Shown in pieces: positions 42,440-51,787 of a DNA stretch of 64,000 nt; the stretch's first letter is position 1, and each line of letters begins with the position of its first letter. This DNA is from Escherichia phage vB_Eco_NR1. Where the stretch lies: the sequence record LR990704; one strand, given 5' to 3'. Made by a program: the position numbers and the translations under genes. The notes beneath the pieces are model-generated. The model was given only the letters and a program-made list of their open reading frames with translations, was not told the origin of the DNA and made no database searches.

Positions 42440-42946
42440 CTAGCTTACACGAACATTAATCACTGCGCTGCGAGGAACTACGGAGTACTCTCCAGCATGA
42501 ACTACATTAAGAAGTTCAACGCCATCTTCAATCCACTGGTCAGTTACCCAACCGCCGACCGGATTCGCGAATGGACGACGAATGTAAACTGCCTTACACA
42601 ACAAATCAGTCGGGTCTTCAATTTTTTCAACTGGTGCCACATACATAGAAACTAAATCCATATCAATATGGGATTTTTCCTCTTCTTCTTCTTTTTCAAT
42701 TTCTGTCAATAGACTAAAATCTTTTTCATAAATAATAAGCGATGACACCATTCCATAATAGTTTCTAATTTCAATATACATCATGCCGATAAGAATTCCG
42801 CTATTAACACTAATAACAGTAAAAGGATATCCGCCAGTTAAAGCAAGAAGTTCACAAAACTTATTATGAGCTGTATTAGACAGTACCGGAAAATTCTTAA
42901 TTTCATCAAATTTTTTCAATTGATAAACAGCATTATTTTTAATCAT
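42440..42946 (-). CDS. hypothetical protein (168 aa) sharing a C-terminal module with the MotB-like ORF
   Basis: C-terminus RPFANPVGGWVTDQWIEDGVELLNVVHAGEYSVVPRS parallels RAMCAYITDQWVEDGVKLYNAVFLGTYKVIPES of 41875..42366. Confidence 0.6.
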   Translation of the reverse strand: MIKNNAVYQLKKFDEIKNFPVLSNTAHNKFCELLALTGGYPFTVISVNSGILIGMMYIEIRNYYGMVSSLIIYEKDFSLLTEIEKEEEEEKSHIDMDLVSMYVAPVEKIEDPTDLLCKAVYIRRPFANPVGGWVTDQWIEDGVELLNVVHAGEYSVVPRSAVINVRVS

Positions 42947-42956
42947 AATTTTCTCT

Positions 42957-43508
42957 TTAATCTAAGGTAATAAAGCCTTTTAATTCGGCATGCGATTTGC
43001 GGAACATTACTTGATGTCCGCCAATGATAACTTGGTCATCTGGCACTTCATAAATCGCAATGTACATTCCACGTTCTTTTAAGTCTTCACGCTCTTCTCG
43101 AGTGAACCATCTCATCATATCATATTCACTAGCGAAAGCAAAATGATATAATGCAATAAACCATAATGGAATATAATTTTCAATTCGTGAATAATCTTTA
43201 TTCCATTTAGTTTTAATAACATCATTAGCATTTTCAACTAATAACTTATCATCGTGTGGAATAGGAATACTTTCATGGCTTTCATAATTATCGCTATGAT
43301 GATGAAATGATGATGAATTAATACCACAAAATTTTAACCAAGTTCGAGTTTTCATAGAATCAAATCCACGATAAGGAGTTGATTGAACGCATAACTCTTG
43401 CCTAATTTTCATTATACCACTATCATCATTTAATGCACTAAACGATGATTCAACACGATAAATTTTCATTTTATTATCCTCAGTAGCTATGGTGTTATAG
43501 TACCACAA
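42957..43508 (-). CDS. hypothetical protein (183 aa)
   Basis: ORF track; early promoter just upstream. Confidence 0.6.
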   Translation of the reverse strand: MWYYNTIATEDNKMKIYRVESSFSALNDDSGIMKIRQELCVQSTPYRGFDSMKTRTWLKFCGINSSSFHHHSDNYESHESIPIPHDDKLLVENANDVIKTKWNKDYSRIENYIPLWFIALYHFAFASEYDMMRWFTREEREDLKERGMYIAIYEVPDDQVIIGGHQVMFRKSHAELKGFITLD

Positions 43509-43545
43509 CCAACCGAGGAAGTAAACAACTTTTTATCGTTTTGTT
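43485..43545 (-). promoter_or_regulatory. early promoter
   Basis: GTTTAC, 18 nt, TACTAT. Confidence 0.55.
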
Positions 43546-44216
43546 GGAAGAGACAGAGGATCGCAATCTTCCTCTGATGGAGCATCTTCAAGACCCATAG
43601 CATATCGCAAAGCGTACTTCATCATCAGGATGTCTTTCGCACAGTCATGAATAGAATCATGTGCAACGAATCCATCTAAAGTTCCCTTTGGAAGAGGACA
43701 TGTGGTCATATCACGAACAAGCAAAAGTGCTTCAATTCTGGTACGAATATCACGCTGATTCCAGAATTTACACGGTTCTAACTTAAATGTGTCAAGCTCA
43801 TTCTCAGAAACACCATTAAGGCGTTGAATATCACGAATGAGATCGACTAAAATTGGAAAATCAAACGACATTCCACGGCACCAGCCTTGAGATTTCCAAG
43901 GATCGATATTATGTGCATTGATGTAATCATTAAATTTTGCAATACCATCGATAGTGCTTACATCTTCATCGGATGGTGCAATATTTTTTCGAGCTTCAGG
44001 AGATTGATTCTTCCACCATTCGATAGTGCTTTTAGTAAAAAGACGATGTCCTTTTTGGCTTTTTAAATCAAATTTGATTTTAATGCCACGTGAAACTAAT
44101 TCATCAAATGTTTCAACTACTTCTGGATTAGGGTCAAAGGCAATAACAGCCAAATCAATAACAGCTGCTTTTTCACCGCTTCCCATTGTTTCAAAATCTA
44201 TAATAAAATCAAACAT
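43533..44216 (-). CDS. dexA: exonuclease A (DexA, DEDDh 3-prime to 5-prime exonuclease)
   Basis: 227 aa as in T4 DexA; N-terminal FDFIIDFETMG acidic exonuclease motif. Confidence 0.9.
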   Translation of the reverse strand: MFDFIIDFETMGSGEKAAVIDLAVIAFDPNPEVVETFDELVSRGIKIKFDLKSQKGHRLFTKSTIEWWKNQSPEARKNIAPSDEDVSTIDGIAKFNDYINAHNIDPWKSQGWCRGMSFDFPILVDLIRDIQRLNGVSENELDTFKLEPCKFWNQRDIRTRIEALLLVRDMTTCPLPKGTLDGFVAHDSIHDCAKDILMMKYALRYAMGLEDAPSEEDCDPLSLPTKR

Positions 44217-44473
44217 TAAATTTTCCTCGCTAAATCACGAATTTGACCTACAGTATAGTCTTGAATATAAACTTTATTGATAGGCTCATCAATAAATTTT
44301 GCCATAGATTCAATGTCTTTTTGTATTTCTTCAAGACTGTATACTATCTTTAAAGCTTTTTCGCGAATAGTAACATTATCAGGTCCTGGATTTTCTTCAA
44401 TGACAGCTTTAACATTTGTCATAAGAGATTTAAACTGGTACCAACTCAACTCAATCATTAATAATCGCCTCAT
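44216..44473 (-). CDS. hypothetical protein (85 aa)
   Basis: ORF track. Confidence 0.55.
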   Translation of the reverse strand: MRRLLMIELSWYQFKSLMTNVKAVIEENPGPDNVTIREKALKIVYSLEEIQKDIESMAKFIDEPINKVYIQDYTVGQIRDLARKI

Positions 44474-44711
44474 AAAGATAGCTAATTTCGCCTAAAACGT
44501 AATCATTGATTGTAACAGTTTTCACTTCACCGCAAAAGAATTCTAACGCAATTAAATCTCGTTCAATTTCTTCTAATTGAAGCATCAACTTATTAGATTC
44601 AATTTTTACAGTTTCACGATTTTTACCATGAGCAATTTCATAAATTTCGCTCACTTTATCTTGAAGCAGATAAAACTGATCTTTAGTTATTTCCACGAAT
44701 AGCTTCCTCAA
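44451..44711 (-). CDS. hypothetical protein (86 aa)
   Basis: ORF track; start may be downstream of listed one. Confidence 0.55.
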   Translation of the reverse strand: MRKLFVEITKDQFYLLQDKVSEIYEIAHGKNRETVKIESNKLMLQLEEIERDLIALEFFCGEVKTVTINDYVLGEISYLYEAIIND

Positions 44712-44943
44712 ATTTAATTAGTAATTTACAGACACTTTCATCTAGTGTAATTACCGTATCTGTATTACTGTGATATGATTGTTTTTCAATTCGTTTAATT
44801 GCTAATATAGTATCACTTATAAGATAAAGCTTATGAAGGAGCTCAGCTCCTGTTACCATAACATCGAGATTATCTTGCTTATTAGTATGCTTCCTTATAC
44901 CATCTATTAGACGATTTAAATATTTTGAATTGATGTTAATCAT
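44683..44943 (-). CDS. hypothetical protein (86 aa)
   Basis: ORF track. Confidence 0.55.
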   Translation of the reverse strand: MININSKYLNRLIDGIRKHTNKQDNLDVMVTGAELLHKLYLISDTILAIKRIEKQSYHSNTDTVITLDESVCKLLIKFEEAIRGNN

Positions 44944-44949
44944 ATAGCC

Positions 44950-46269
44950 TCACACATAAAATACATCATAACGACCACGAGTTACACCAACATAAAGAAG
45001 TTGTTGGGCCAATTCAGCATCTGCATAATGAATACAAGGCGTATAAATGAAAGCACGGTCTACAGACATGCCCTGCGCTTTATGGAATGTTGATGCAGGA
45101 AGTGCTTTCACTTTACTAAACTGTGATTTAGCATCCCAAAAATCACTCCACGGAGCTTTTCCGCCTTTATTCCAATTTTTATAAGTTTCTGCAGTTTTAC
45201 CTAAAAATAGGTTAAACTTATACAATTCTTCATCAGATGAAATTATTTTAATCTTTTCACGATAATATTCATCATCGCCGTAAGTTTCTACTGTTAAATC
45301 CCAATGACGAATTAGATATTCCCCAGGAACACCACGAGCTTTAACAAACGTTGATGTATACTCTGCTTCTATAATACGAACTAATTGTCCGTTATTAAAA
45401 ATAATTTCTGATACAGGCTTTCCATCAATTTTATATGTTTTAATTAATGGTTCCTGCATTACAATAATTTCACCGACAATAAAATCTTTATCAGTTTCAA
45501 AAATCTTTTTACGAATAATGCTATTTAACTTGTCAACAGATTTATTCGTAAATGCCATTACACGATTTTCAAACAAATCATCTAGTGATTTGACGATTGA
45601 AAAATAATTTACCATAAAATCGCGTAAAGCGGTATCACCAGTAAATCCACGTACTCCATGCCCGTCAACAACTTTATCATAAATCCACTTACCGTTACGA
45701 ACGTCAGTAGCTACATCAATAATAGGAGCATTACTGCGTTTAACTTCAGTAAGTTCACACTGATAAAAATCTTTGTGTGTAAAAAATGGACTGATATAAG
45801 CAGTATTTTCTCCTGGATCAACAGGTCTAATTTGCTTATTATCACCTATTCCAATTATAGTACACCAAGGTGGAATAGTTGAAAGCAGAATTTTAAATAG
45901 CTTTCTATCATACATTGACACTTCGTCGCAGATTAATACCCTGCATTTAGCTAAATCTGGTACTTCCTTCTGCTCAAAAAGAACATTTTCTTCATATGTT
46001 ACTGGGTTAATTTTAAGAATACTATGAATAGTACTTGCTTCTTTCCCTGATAGTTTTGAAAGAATCTTTTTAGCTGCATGAGTAGGAGCTGCTAAAATAA
46101 TACCAGTTTCGCCTGTTGATATTAAAGCTTCAATGATGAACTTAGTAAGAGTAGTCTTACCGGTACCGGCAGGTCCATTAATAGTTACATGGTGTTTCTT
46201 TTCTTTAATAGCCTTCATAACAGTGTTAAAGGCATTTTTCTGGCCTTCTGTCAAATCATCAAATGTCAT
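44950..46269 (-). CDS. dda: Dda DNA helicase (SF1B)
   Basis: 439 aa as in T4 Dda; Walker A GPAGTGKTT, Walker B LICDEVSM. Confidence 0.95.
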   Translation of the reverse strand: MTFDDLTEGQKNAFNTVMKAIKEKKHHVTINGPAGTGKTTLTKFIIEALISTGETGIILAAPTHAAKKILSKLSGKEASTIHSILKINPVTYEENVLFEQKEVPDLAKCRVLICDEVSMYDRKLFKILLSTIPPWCTIIGIGDNKQIRPVDPGENTAYISPFFTHKDFYQCELTEVKRSNAPIIDVATDVRNGKWIYDKVVDGHGVRGFTGDTALRDFMVNYFSIVKSLDDLFENRVMAFTNKSVDKLNSIIRKKIFETDKDFIVGEIIVMQEPLIKTYKIDGKPVSEIIFNNGQLVRIIEAEYTSTFVKARGVPGEYLIRHWDLTVETYGDDEYYREKIKIISSDEELYKFNLFLGKTAETYKNWNKGGKAPWSDFWDAKSQFSKVKALPASTFHKAQGMSVDRAFIYTPCIHYADAELAQQLLYVGVTRGRYDVFYV

Positions 46270-46577
46270 CGGAAAGTCCCTGCAATTGGAATACTAACAA
46301 TACGCCCAGTATCTAAAATTCGTTGATATAATCTTCGTGTATCTACGTCAGGCTTAACATGTTTAACTTCTATTTTATTAAACCAAAACTTGCGTGGAGT
46401 CTCAACTAGTCTTGGAATTCCCATACCTAAAGCTAGTTTATATTGGTCTTTGAGAGTAGTAAAAACTCTATCAGCAATCTCTCTTTCAAAAAACACAGCA
46501 GGACGATGTTCATCAAGTGGAACTGGCGCCGTAAATCCGTCTTTGTCTCGGTAAACTATCGCATATACATAAACCAT
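46266..46577 (-). CDS. hypothetical protein (103 aa)
   Basis: ORF track; ATGA-type overlap with dda. Confidence 0.6.
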   Translation of the reverse strand: MVYVYAIVYRDKDGFTAPVPLDEHRPAVFFEREIADRVFTTLKDQYKLALGMGIPRLVETPRKFWFNKIEVKHVKPDVDTRRLYQRILDTGRIVSIPIAGTFR

Positions 46578-46578
46578 A

Positions 46579-47325
46579 TTATCCTCGGATAAGTTTAAAA
46601 ATTGAACAATTTAGCGGGTATCCTCTTTTCAGTTTAAGTTTATCAATAAAAGACAAGTTTTGATACCGCTCTACACCTTGAATAATTTTATCACACATAT
46701 CATATTGCATTTCTGCTTCTGACAACTTTTTCACAATTTTCCAATCCGAGCCTTTAAGAAGAACGTTCAGTTTAACAACTTCAGCGCCTTCTGCTATGCG
46801 AGAACCATCAATACGAGCTTTAAGTGCTATAATCCTTAGCTTAATGTCAGAGGTCTGTTTTGATTTAGAAAGCTTAGAAATGTGTTCAATTCGATTTTCA
46901 CGTTTTTTCTGTATAGCTTTAATTTGATTATAAGTCTTTTTGATTTTAGCCCATTTCTTTTCATCTAAATTTAGTTTATGAACTTTTTTCGCAGATGAAC
47001 GACCAATTCGCAAAGCAAACAAATCACGTTTTTCAATTAACTCCTCTAAAGTATAATCAGAACGAAATGTATTATACTTTTTCTTTACTGCAATAACATT
47101 CCCTTTAATGTATCCAACGTTATTATCAAAACGTTCTAATGATAATTTCTCTCCTTCAATACGATTATCAAAAGGTTCTCCTGAATAGGCACAAACTTTT
47201 TGATCTAAAATATTCTTAATGTAATTGAAGTCTAAGTTAAAATCTTTAGAACGTCTTTTTGCAGATGCCTGAGTGTGCTCTAAACGACGTTTAATTTTAC
47301 GAATTTGATTATTAGACAGCTTCAT
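46579..47325 (-). CDS. basic protein (248 aa) at the position of T4 srd; contains an HNH_3-like motif
   Basis: position between dda.1-like ORF and modA; segment KVCAYSGEPFDNRIEGEKLSLERFDNNVGYIKGNV resembles HNH_3/AP2-type endonuclease signature; Lys/Arg-rich. Confidence 0.5.
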   Translation of the reverse strand: MKLSNNQIRKIKRRLEHTQASAKRRSKDFNLDFNYIKNILDQKVCAYSGEPFDNRIEGEKLSLERFDNNVGYIKGNVIAVKKKYNTFRSDYTLEELIEKRDLFALRIGRSSAKKVHKLNLDEKKWAKIKKTYNQIKAIQKKRENRIEHISKLSKSKQTSDIKLRIIALKARIDGSRIAEGAEVVKLNVLLKGSDWKIVKKLSEAEMQYDMCDKIIQGVERYQNLSFIDKLKLKRGYPLNCSIFKLIRG

Positions 47326-47349
47326 ATTTTTCTCACATCTTACGGACGG

Positions 47350-47410
47350 TTAACTACTTATACTATAACATTTTTACTTTAACTTGTAAACAACTTTATG
47401 AAAAATGCTT
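47350..47410 (-). promoter_or_regulatory. early promoter upstream of srd-position ORF
   Basis: GTTTAC and TATAGTATAAG on minus strand. Confidence 0.5.
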
Positions 47411-47447
47411 TAAAACTTTCATGGTATAATGAATCTAAGTCCTTCCA

Positions 47448-48050
47448 TTATAGATTAAATCCTTCAAAATCAAGAGTATAGATAGTGTATGTTGAATACT
47501 TTTTGTATTCATATCTATCTGCAATTCTAAATACACTTCCAGCTGGTATCATTACTTCTTGTTCATCTGAAACTAATTCCATATTACGATAACGATGGCT
47601 ATCCGGAAACTTAAAGTTTGGATTGTATTCTTTACAGCGTAGAGCTTTTATAGCATACTCCTGGAAATTGAATACCATAGGAGCTTTGAATTCAAAAATA
47701 ACCTGTGTGTTATACTCTAAACCGGAAGCAAAATGTAGAGCTATATTTTTATCATATGAAGCTGATACGACTTTATCAAATGTAATAATATCAATTCCTT
47801 GATTTAACACCTGCTTAGTCTCGACTGGAACACCTCTCCAAAGAGGTTTATCGTTTGGAACCAAACGAGATTTGATTATTTCATTTAACCAAGTATGGTC
47901 ATCTGGCTTATTAGTAATACAATGAATTAAAAGTTCAATTTCAGATAAATTAAACCCTTCAGAAAGTAATTCTTCACGAATAGAAGCACGCACCGATGCA
48001 TCCATTGATTTTATTTTAAAATCTTTTAGTTGCATTACTGAGTATTTCAT
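47448..48050 (-). CDS. modA: ADP-ribosyltransferase ModA
   Basis: 200 aa as in T4 ModA; R-S-EXE type signature (WRGVP, SAS, EQEVMIP). Confidence 0.85.
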   Translation of the reverse strand: MKYSVMQLKDFKIKSMDASVRASIREELLSEGFNLSEIELLIHCITNKPDDHTWLNEIIKSRLVPNDKPLWRGVPVETKQVLNQGIDIITFDKVVSASYDKNIALHFASGLEYNTQVIFEFKAPMVFNFQEYAIKALRCKEYNPNFKFPDSHRYRNMELVSDEQEVMIPAGSVFRIADRYEYKKYSTYTIYTLDFEGFNL

Positions 48051-48670
48051 TTAACTACCTCAATATCATAAACTTTAAATGTTCCAAATGAATCGTGTAA
48101 TTTTTCTTTTGAAATAGAAGTTATTTTATACTTTCCAATTGGAATCATCCATTCTTGTTCATGCACAATCATCATTAAGTTATCAGTACGCTCTGAATCT
48201 AACCCATCAGTATCTTCATATGTATACTTAAACTCAGTATTAGGAGAAGAAAGTATAATATCGCTGATATGGTCAGAGTAATTAAAAGCTTTATCAGTTT
48301 TTAAACGAAGTATTGTTTCAGTGAAATATTCAGCATAAGAAAAAGAACACGCTGTATGCAAACTAGTAGTAAATGAATCTACCCTGTTCGTTGAAAACAC
48401 TTCTCCAACCTGTAAATCTTTAATAAGTTCTTTTGTCGATTTTGATATACCACGATATAATTGATAAGGTGATTTAGTTAAATGCTTTTTAACGATTTTA
48501 TTCAACTGCCGATGAAGAGCTTCATTCTTTTTAGCTTCCATACATTGCCAAAGAACAGACTGCTCGAAGTCAGTAAATTTTTCACAGACTTTTTTATACA
48601 TATCATATTGAAAATCAACGCTTTCAGCTTTTATAGATAACTGTTCAACATCTGCAGGATTAATAATCAT
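48047..48670 (-). CDS. modB: ADP-ribosyltransferase ModB
   Basis: 207 aa as in T4 ModB; YRGIS, STN, EQEWMIP motifs; ATGA-type overlap with modA. Confidence 0.85.
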   Translation of the reverse strand: MIINPADVEQLSIKAESVDFQYDMYKKVCEKFTDFEQSVLWQCMEAKKNEALHRQLNKIVKKHLTKSPYQLYRGISKSTKELIKDLQVGEVFSTNRVDSFTTSLHTACSFSYAEYFTETILRLKTDKAFNYSDHISDIILSSPNTEFKYTYEDTDGLDSERTDNLMMIVHEQEWMIPIGKYKITSISKEKLHDSFGTFKVYDIEVVK

Positions 48671-48689
48671 GATAGCCTCCGTATACTTC

Positions 48690-48745
48690 AGAAGCTATCA
48701 TATCATCGTTAGAAAGGAAAGTAAACAACTTTTTGAATTATTTTG
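48690..48745 (-). promoter_or_regulatory. early promoter for modB-modA
   Basis: GTTTAC, 18 nt, TATGAT. Confidence 0.5.
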
Positions 48746-48920
48746 CCCAGGGAGCCCAAGGCGGAGGGTCAAGATGGTATGAAGCTAGTTCTTCTAGAAG
48801 AGCATCTGGGGCTTCAATTCCATAATTCTGTAATACTATACGGTACTCTTTCTTATAATCACTAGAATCATTCTGGATATTCGTAGAATGATTATCTTCT
48901 AACATCTCAAATAAATCCAT
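48738..48920 (-). CDS. hypothetical protein (60 aa)
   Basis: ORF track. Confidence 0.5.
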   Translation of the reverse strand: MDLFEMLEDNHSTNIQNDSSDYKKEYRIVLQNYGIEAPDALLEELASYHLDPPPWAPWAK

Positions 48921-48928
48921 ACTAATTC

Positions 48929-49399
48929 CTAGCGATAAAAACCAAATTTACGATTAGTTTCAATGATCTTTCTTTCTTCTTCGGACATTCTCCAGCGTAG
49001 TCCAACATCAAAATGAGCCCAGACCATCCTAACAAATGCATTTATATCTTTAATATCTTCAATAATGAATGTTTTACTTTTAGAAGGTTGACTCGCTAAT
49101 TTAACTTTATCGTCTTCAAACATGTCAAAAAGACCATATTCATGAGCTCTTTTATAGCCTTTAATAGTTAAAGCTTCAGAAGAAGAAAATGGTGAATCTG
49201 TATTCTGCAAAATATCTTCAGTATGCTTTATAATTAGAATAACATTTTCTGGATATTTTCTTTCTTTTATATCTTTAATTAAAATATCCGGATTTTCTGC
49301 TAAAGGAATAATTAACGAGCATTTTTTATCAAGTGTATTTACTGATTTACCTTCTTTAGACATAAATTCTATTGAATAATGTTTTGCTACTTCAATCAT
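48929..49399 (-). CDS. hypothetical protein (156 aa)
   Basis: ORF track. Confidence 0.6.
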   Translation of the reverse strand: MIEVAKHYSIEFMSKEGKSVNTLDKKCSLIIPLAENPDILIKDIKERKYPENVILIIKHTEDILQNTDSPFSSSEALTIKGYKRAHEYGLFDMFEDDKVKLASQPSKSKTFIIEDIKDINAFVRMVWAHFDVGLRWRMSEEERKIIETNRKFGFYR

Positions 49400-49552
49400 G
49401 TGATTTCCTTTTGCCTACTAATGGACCATCAGGAATTTTGTTTTCCTGGATATATTTCTCATTTTCTTCCATCATTTTACTGCCAATTTTAAGAAGCAAA
49501 TCCAAGGCTTCATTTGCTTTAGCCTTTGCCTCTTCTAACGTCATATCTTTGG

Positions 49553-49756
49553 TCATGATTTATCACCATAGATGTCTCTCATCAATTTAAGCGCTGAGCG
49601 TTCTAATTTCTTTTCTTTCTCAGCACTAATCATTGATTTCATCCATTCTTCTGACTCGTTCTGTATTTCTTTATTTGCCTGTTCAACCCAACCATCATCA
49701 ATATACATTGAGTTTGGTCTATTGAACCATTCAAGAATCTTCTTGAGAGCTTTCAT
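49553..49756 (-). CDS. hypothetical protein (67 aa)
   Basis: ORF track. Confidence 0.5.
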   Translation of the reverse strand: MKALKKILEWFNRPNSMYIDDGWVEQANKEIQNESEEWMKSMISAEKEKKLERSALKLMRDIYGDKS

Positions 49757-50228
49757 TTATTTTACCTAAAACAATAGTAGGAGCATCGTCAAATTTATGA
49801 ATTTTTAGTAAATTTGGATTTAAATTATTCCATAAAGAGGTAATAAAATATGATAGCGCACTTTCGTCCGTAATTATAAATTTATTTCCTTTATCTATTT
49901 TCCAATCATATATTGAATCATATGAATAGAAGGATAACGGTTTATTATTATAATATGCTTCACTAACATCAATATAGTTAGATTTAGTAAATGCTTGAAT
50001 TGCCATAAATGGAGAATTTTGTACAGTTTCAATAATTCCGATCTTTTTAAGTTTTATTTCAACATCTTCTGGAATTGGCATTGAAATAAAATCTTCTACT
50101 AGATACATATTATTGTCATATCTTTTATCAATCATTACTGCTACGGTAATTGGAACATCCTTAACAAACGCCATACTAATACTATTGATAGACATTTCAA
50201 ATAAAATTGCTTCCATAATTTTCCTCAA
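49731..50228 (-). CDS. hypothetical protein (165 aa); position of T4 mrh
   Basis: ORF track; identity by position only. Confidence 0.55.
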   Translation of the reverse strand: MRKIMEAILFEMSINSISMAFVKDVPITVAVMIDKRYDNNMYLVEDFISMPIPEDVEIKLKKIGIIETVQNSPFMAIQAFTKSNYIDVSEAYYNNKPLSFYSYDSIYDWKIDKGNKFIITDESALSYFITSLWNNLNPNLLKIHKFDDAPTIVLGKINESSQEDS

Positions 50229-50566
50229 TCACAAGATGTAGATGAACAACTAGAATCACAAGAACTTCCACATGAATCGCCCGTCCATACATGAACAGGA
50301 ACATTAGTATCATATGAATCAGAACTAGACTGTGTTTTCTGTGTGTTAGATGATGTAGTAGGTACTGACCAGCGCCAAGGATTTTTATAATATTCTTGGG
50401 CTTCTTCATAAGTCATAGTAACTGCTTCTACTGTTCCATCTCCCATATAAACATACTCAACTACAGTTAAAGGAAGGTAGTCATTTGAAATAGGAACTAC
50501 ACCTTCTCCGGGAGTTGTAGAGAAAAAATCTGTAAAGAAACTTTTAAACCAATTAAAGATAAACAT
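50225..50566 (-). CDS. hypothetical protein (113 aa) with Cys/Ser-rich C-terminal tail
   Basis: C-terminus [18 protein letters not shown]; N-terminal hydrophobic segment. Confidence 0.55.
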   Translation of the reverse strand: MFIFNWFKSFFTDFFSTTPGEGVVPISNDYLPLTVVEYVYMGDGTVEAVTMTYEEAQEYYKNPWRWSVPTTSSNTQKTQSSSDSYDTNVPVHVWTGDSCGSSCDSSCSSTSCD

Positions 50567-50772
50567 TACAAAAAGCCTCTCTTGAATTCGACTTGCTTTT
50601 CGCCATAATCATATCGAATCTCTGCATTAAATTCGACAGAACCATCTGCGTACATCATAAATGAATGAACAACAACTTCTGTAGACCATGGTTGCAGTTC
50701 ATATTTCTTCATTACATGCCGTGAAATGATAATATCTAAATCTTCATTTGGTTTAATCCAACGATTTAACAT
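50566..50772 (-). CDS. hypothetical protein (68 aa)
   Basis: ORF track; early promoter immediately upstream. Confidence 0.55.
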   Translation of the reverse strand: MLNRWIKPNEDLDIIISRHVMKKYELQPWSTEVVVHSFMMYADGSVEFNAEIRYDYGEKQVEFKRGFL

Positions 50773-50789
50773 AGTGCTCTCCTCTATAA

Positions 50790-50837
50790 GATAATTCTAT
50801 TATACCATACTCATTTTGGAAAGTAAACCATTTAAAT
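50790..50837 (-). promoter_or_regulatory. early promoter downstream of soc terminator
   Basis: GTTTAC, spacer, TGGTATAAT. Confidence 0.55.
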
Positions 50838-50862
50838 GAAAAAAGGACTCCCGAAGGAGTCC
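50838..50862 (-). terminator. rho-independent terminator downstream of soc
   Basis: minus strand GGACUCC-uucg-GGAGUCC then U6. Confidence 0.75.
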
Positions 50863-50868
50863 TTGAAT

Positions 50869-51114
50869 TTATTCACCAGTTACTTTCCACAAATCTTCAT
50901 TTGCAGCAATCCATTCAGTACGTTGATTTTCTTCATATACTGTAGAATATGCTGCTTTTTCTGAAGGGAATGTCTGGTAATGTGCACCAGAAATTTTGTG
51001 AACGTCAGAATAAAGAGGGAAAGCTACGGAAATTTCCTTTCCTTCAATTTTCTTATTTCCATCTAATTTCTGCTCAAATGTTTTGATATTAACATAACCG
51101 CGAGTACTAGCCAT
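50869..51114 (-). CDS. soc: small outer capsid protein Soc
   Basis: 81 aa matching recalled T4 Soc; late promoter TATAAATA upstream and terminator downstream. Confidence 0.95.
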   Translation of the reverse strand: MASTRGYVNIKTFEQKLDGNKKIEGKEISVAFPLYSDVHKISGAHYQTFPSEKAAYSTVYEENQRTEWIAANEDLWKVTGE

Positions 51115-51144
51115 GTAATTCTCCTTTTATTTAAATTACATGAT

Positions 51145-51152
51145 TATTTATA
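51145..51152 (-). promoter_or_regulatory. late promoter TATAAATA for soc
   Basis: TATAAATA on minus strand about 30 nt upstream of soc ATG. Confidence 0.65.
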
Positions 51153-51197
51153 ATAAATTCTCGCGGCTTTTAAGTCGTCGTTTATTTAAACGAGCTA

Positions 51198-51716
51198 TTA
51201 ATAGCCTCGGTCTTGACGAGCGAAATTTTCAGCATTTTTCAGATAATAAAGTTTAAATATTTCTTCAGCTGACATTCCAAGAGCAATAAATTTATTCATG
51301 AAAAAGTGAAATTGGTCAATCAGTTCAAATTTAATTTCAAGCTGATCTTCAGGAGATAAGTCTTGAATTTTCTTGGATTGCATTTCAGAATAACGTTTCT
51401 TCCAAGGTTTCCATACGGCAGAAGCTTCTTTTTCACCATTACTCATACCACCAAGAGAAGTATATAGTTCGCGAGTTTCATCTGCGATATAATCGTCTTG
51501 GTTTCGCAACCAAGCAAGAACTTCTCCTGCAGTTTCAAGTGAATCAGGATGACGATTTGTTTCTGGTTTATCATTAGCCAAACGAATCTGTAAATGCCGC
51601 TGCATATCAAGCATAACCTGCAGTGGGTCAATATTGTGCATAATATTCTCAGCATATGCACGATTTGCTTTATCAACACCTTCGATCAAATGAGCACATT
51701 CATTAAAGTAAGCCAT
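51198..51716 (-). CDS. 56: dCTP/dCDP pyrophosphatase gp56 (MazG-like)
   Basis: ORF track 51198..51809 trimmed to MAYFNECAHLIEG (172 aa; T4 gp56 171 aa); upstream part overlaps a MotA-box promoter. Confidence 0.85.
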   Translation of the reverse strand: MAYFNECAHLIEGVDKANRAYAENIMHNIDPLQVMLDMQRHLQIRLANDKPETNRHPDSLETAGEVLAWLRNQDDYIADETRELYTSLGGMSNGEKEASAVWKPWKKRYSEMQSKKIQDLSPEDQLEIKFELIDQFHFFMNKFIALGMSAEEIFKLYYLKNAENFARQDRGY

Positions 51717-51775
51717 TATTTTTCCTTTCAATTCATGGGTTAGTAGATTAATTATACAATAAATATATAAAGCAA
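51717..51775 (-). promoter_or_regulatory. MotA-dependent middle promoter upstream of gene 56
   Basis: minus strand tTGCTTtA, 11 nt, TATAAT. Confidence 0.5.
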
Positions 51776-51787
51776 TAAGGAGGACAT

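Noticed and set aside
51146-51200. Imperfect palindrome cgagctattaatagcctcg upstream of soc as an operator
   Set aside because: The inverted repeat is imperfect and lies within the soc late-promoter region; insufficient evidence for a distinct regulatory site.
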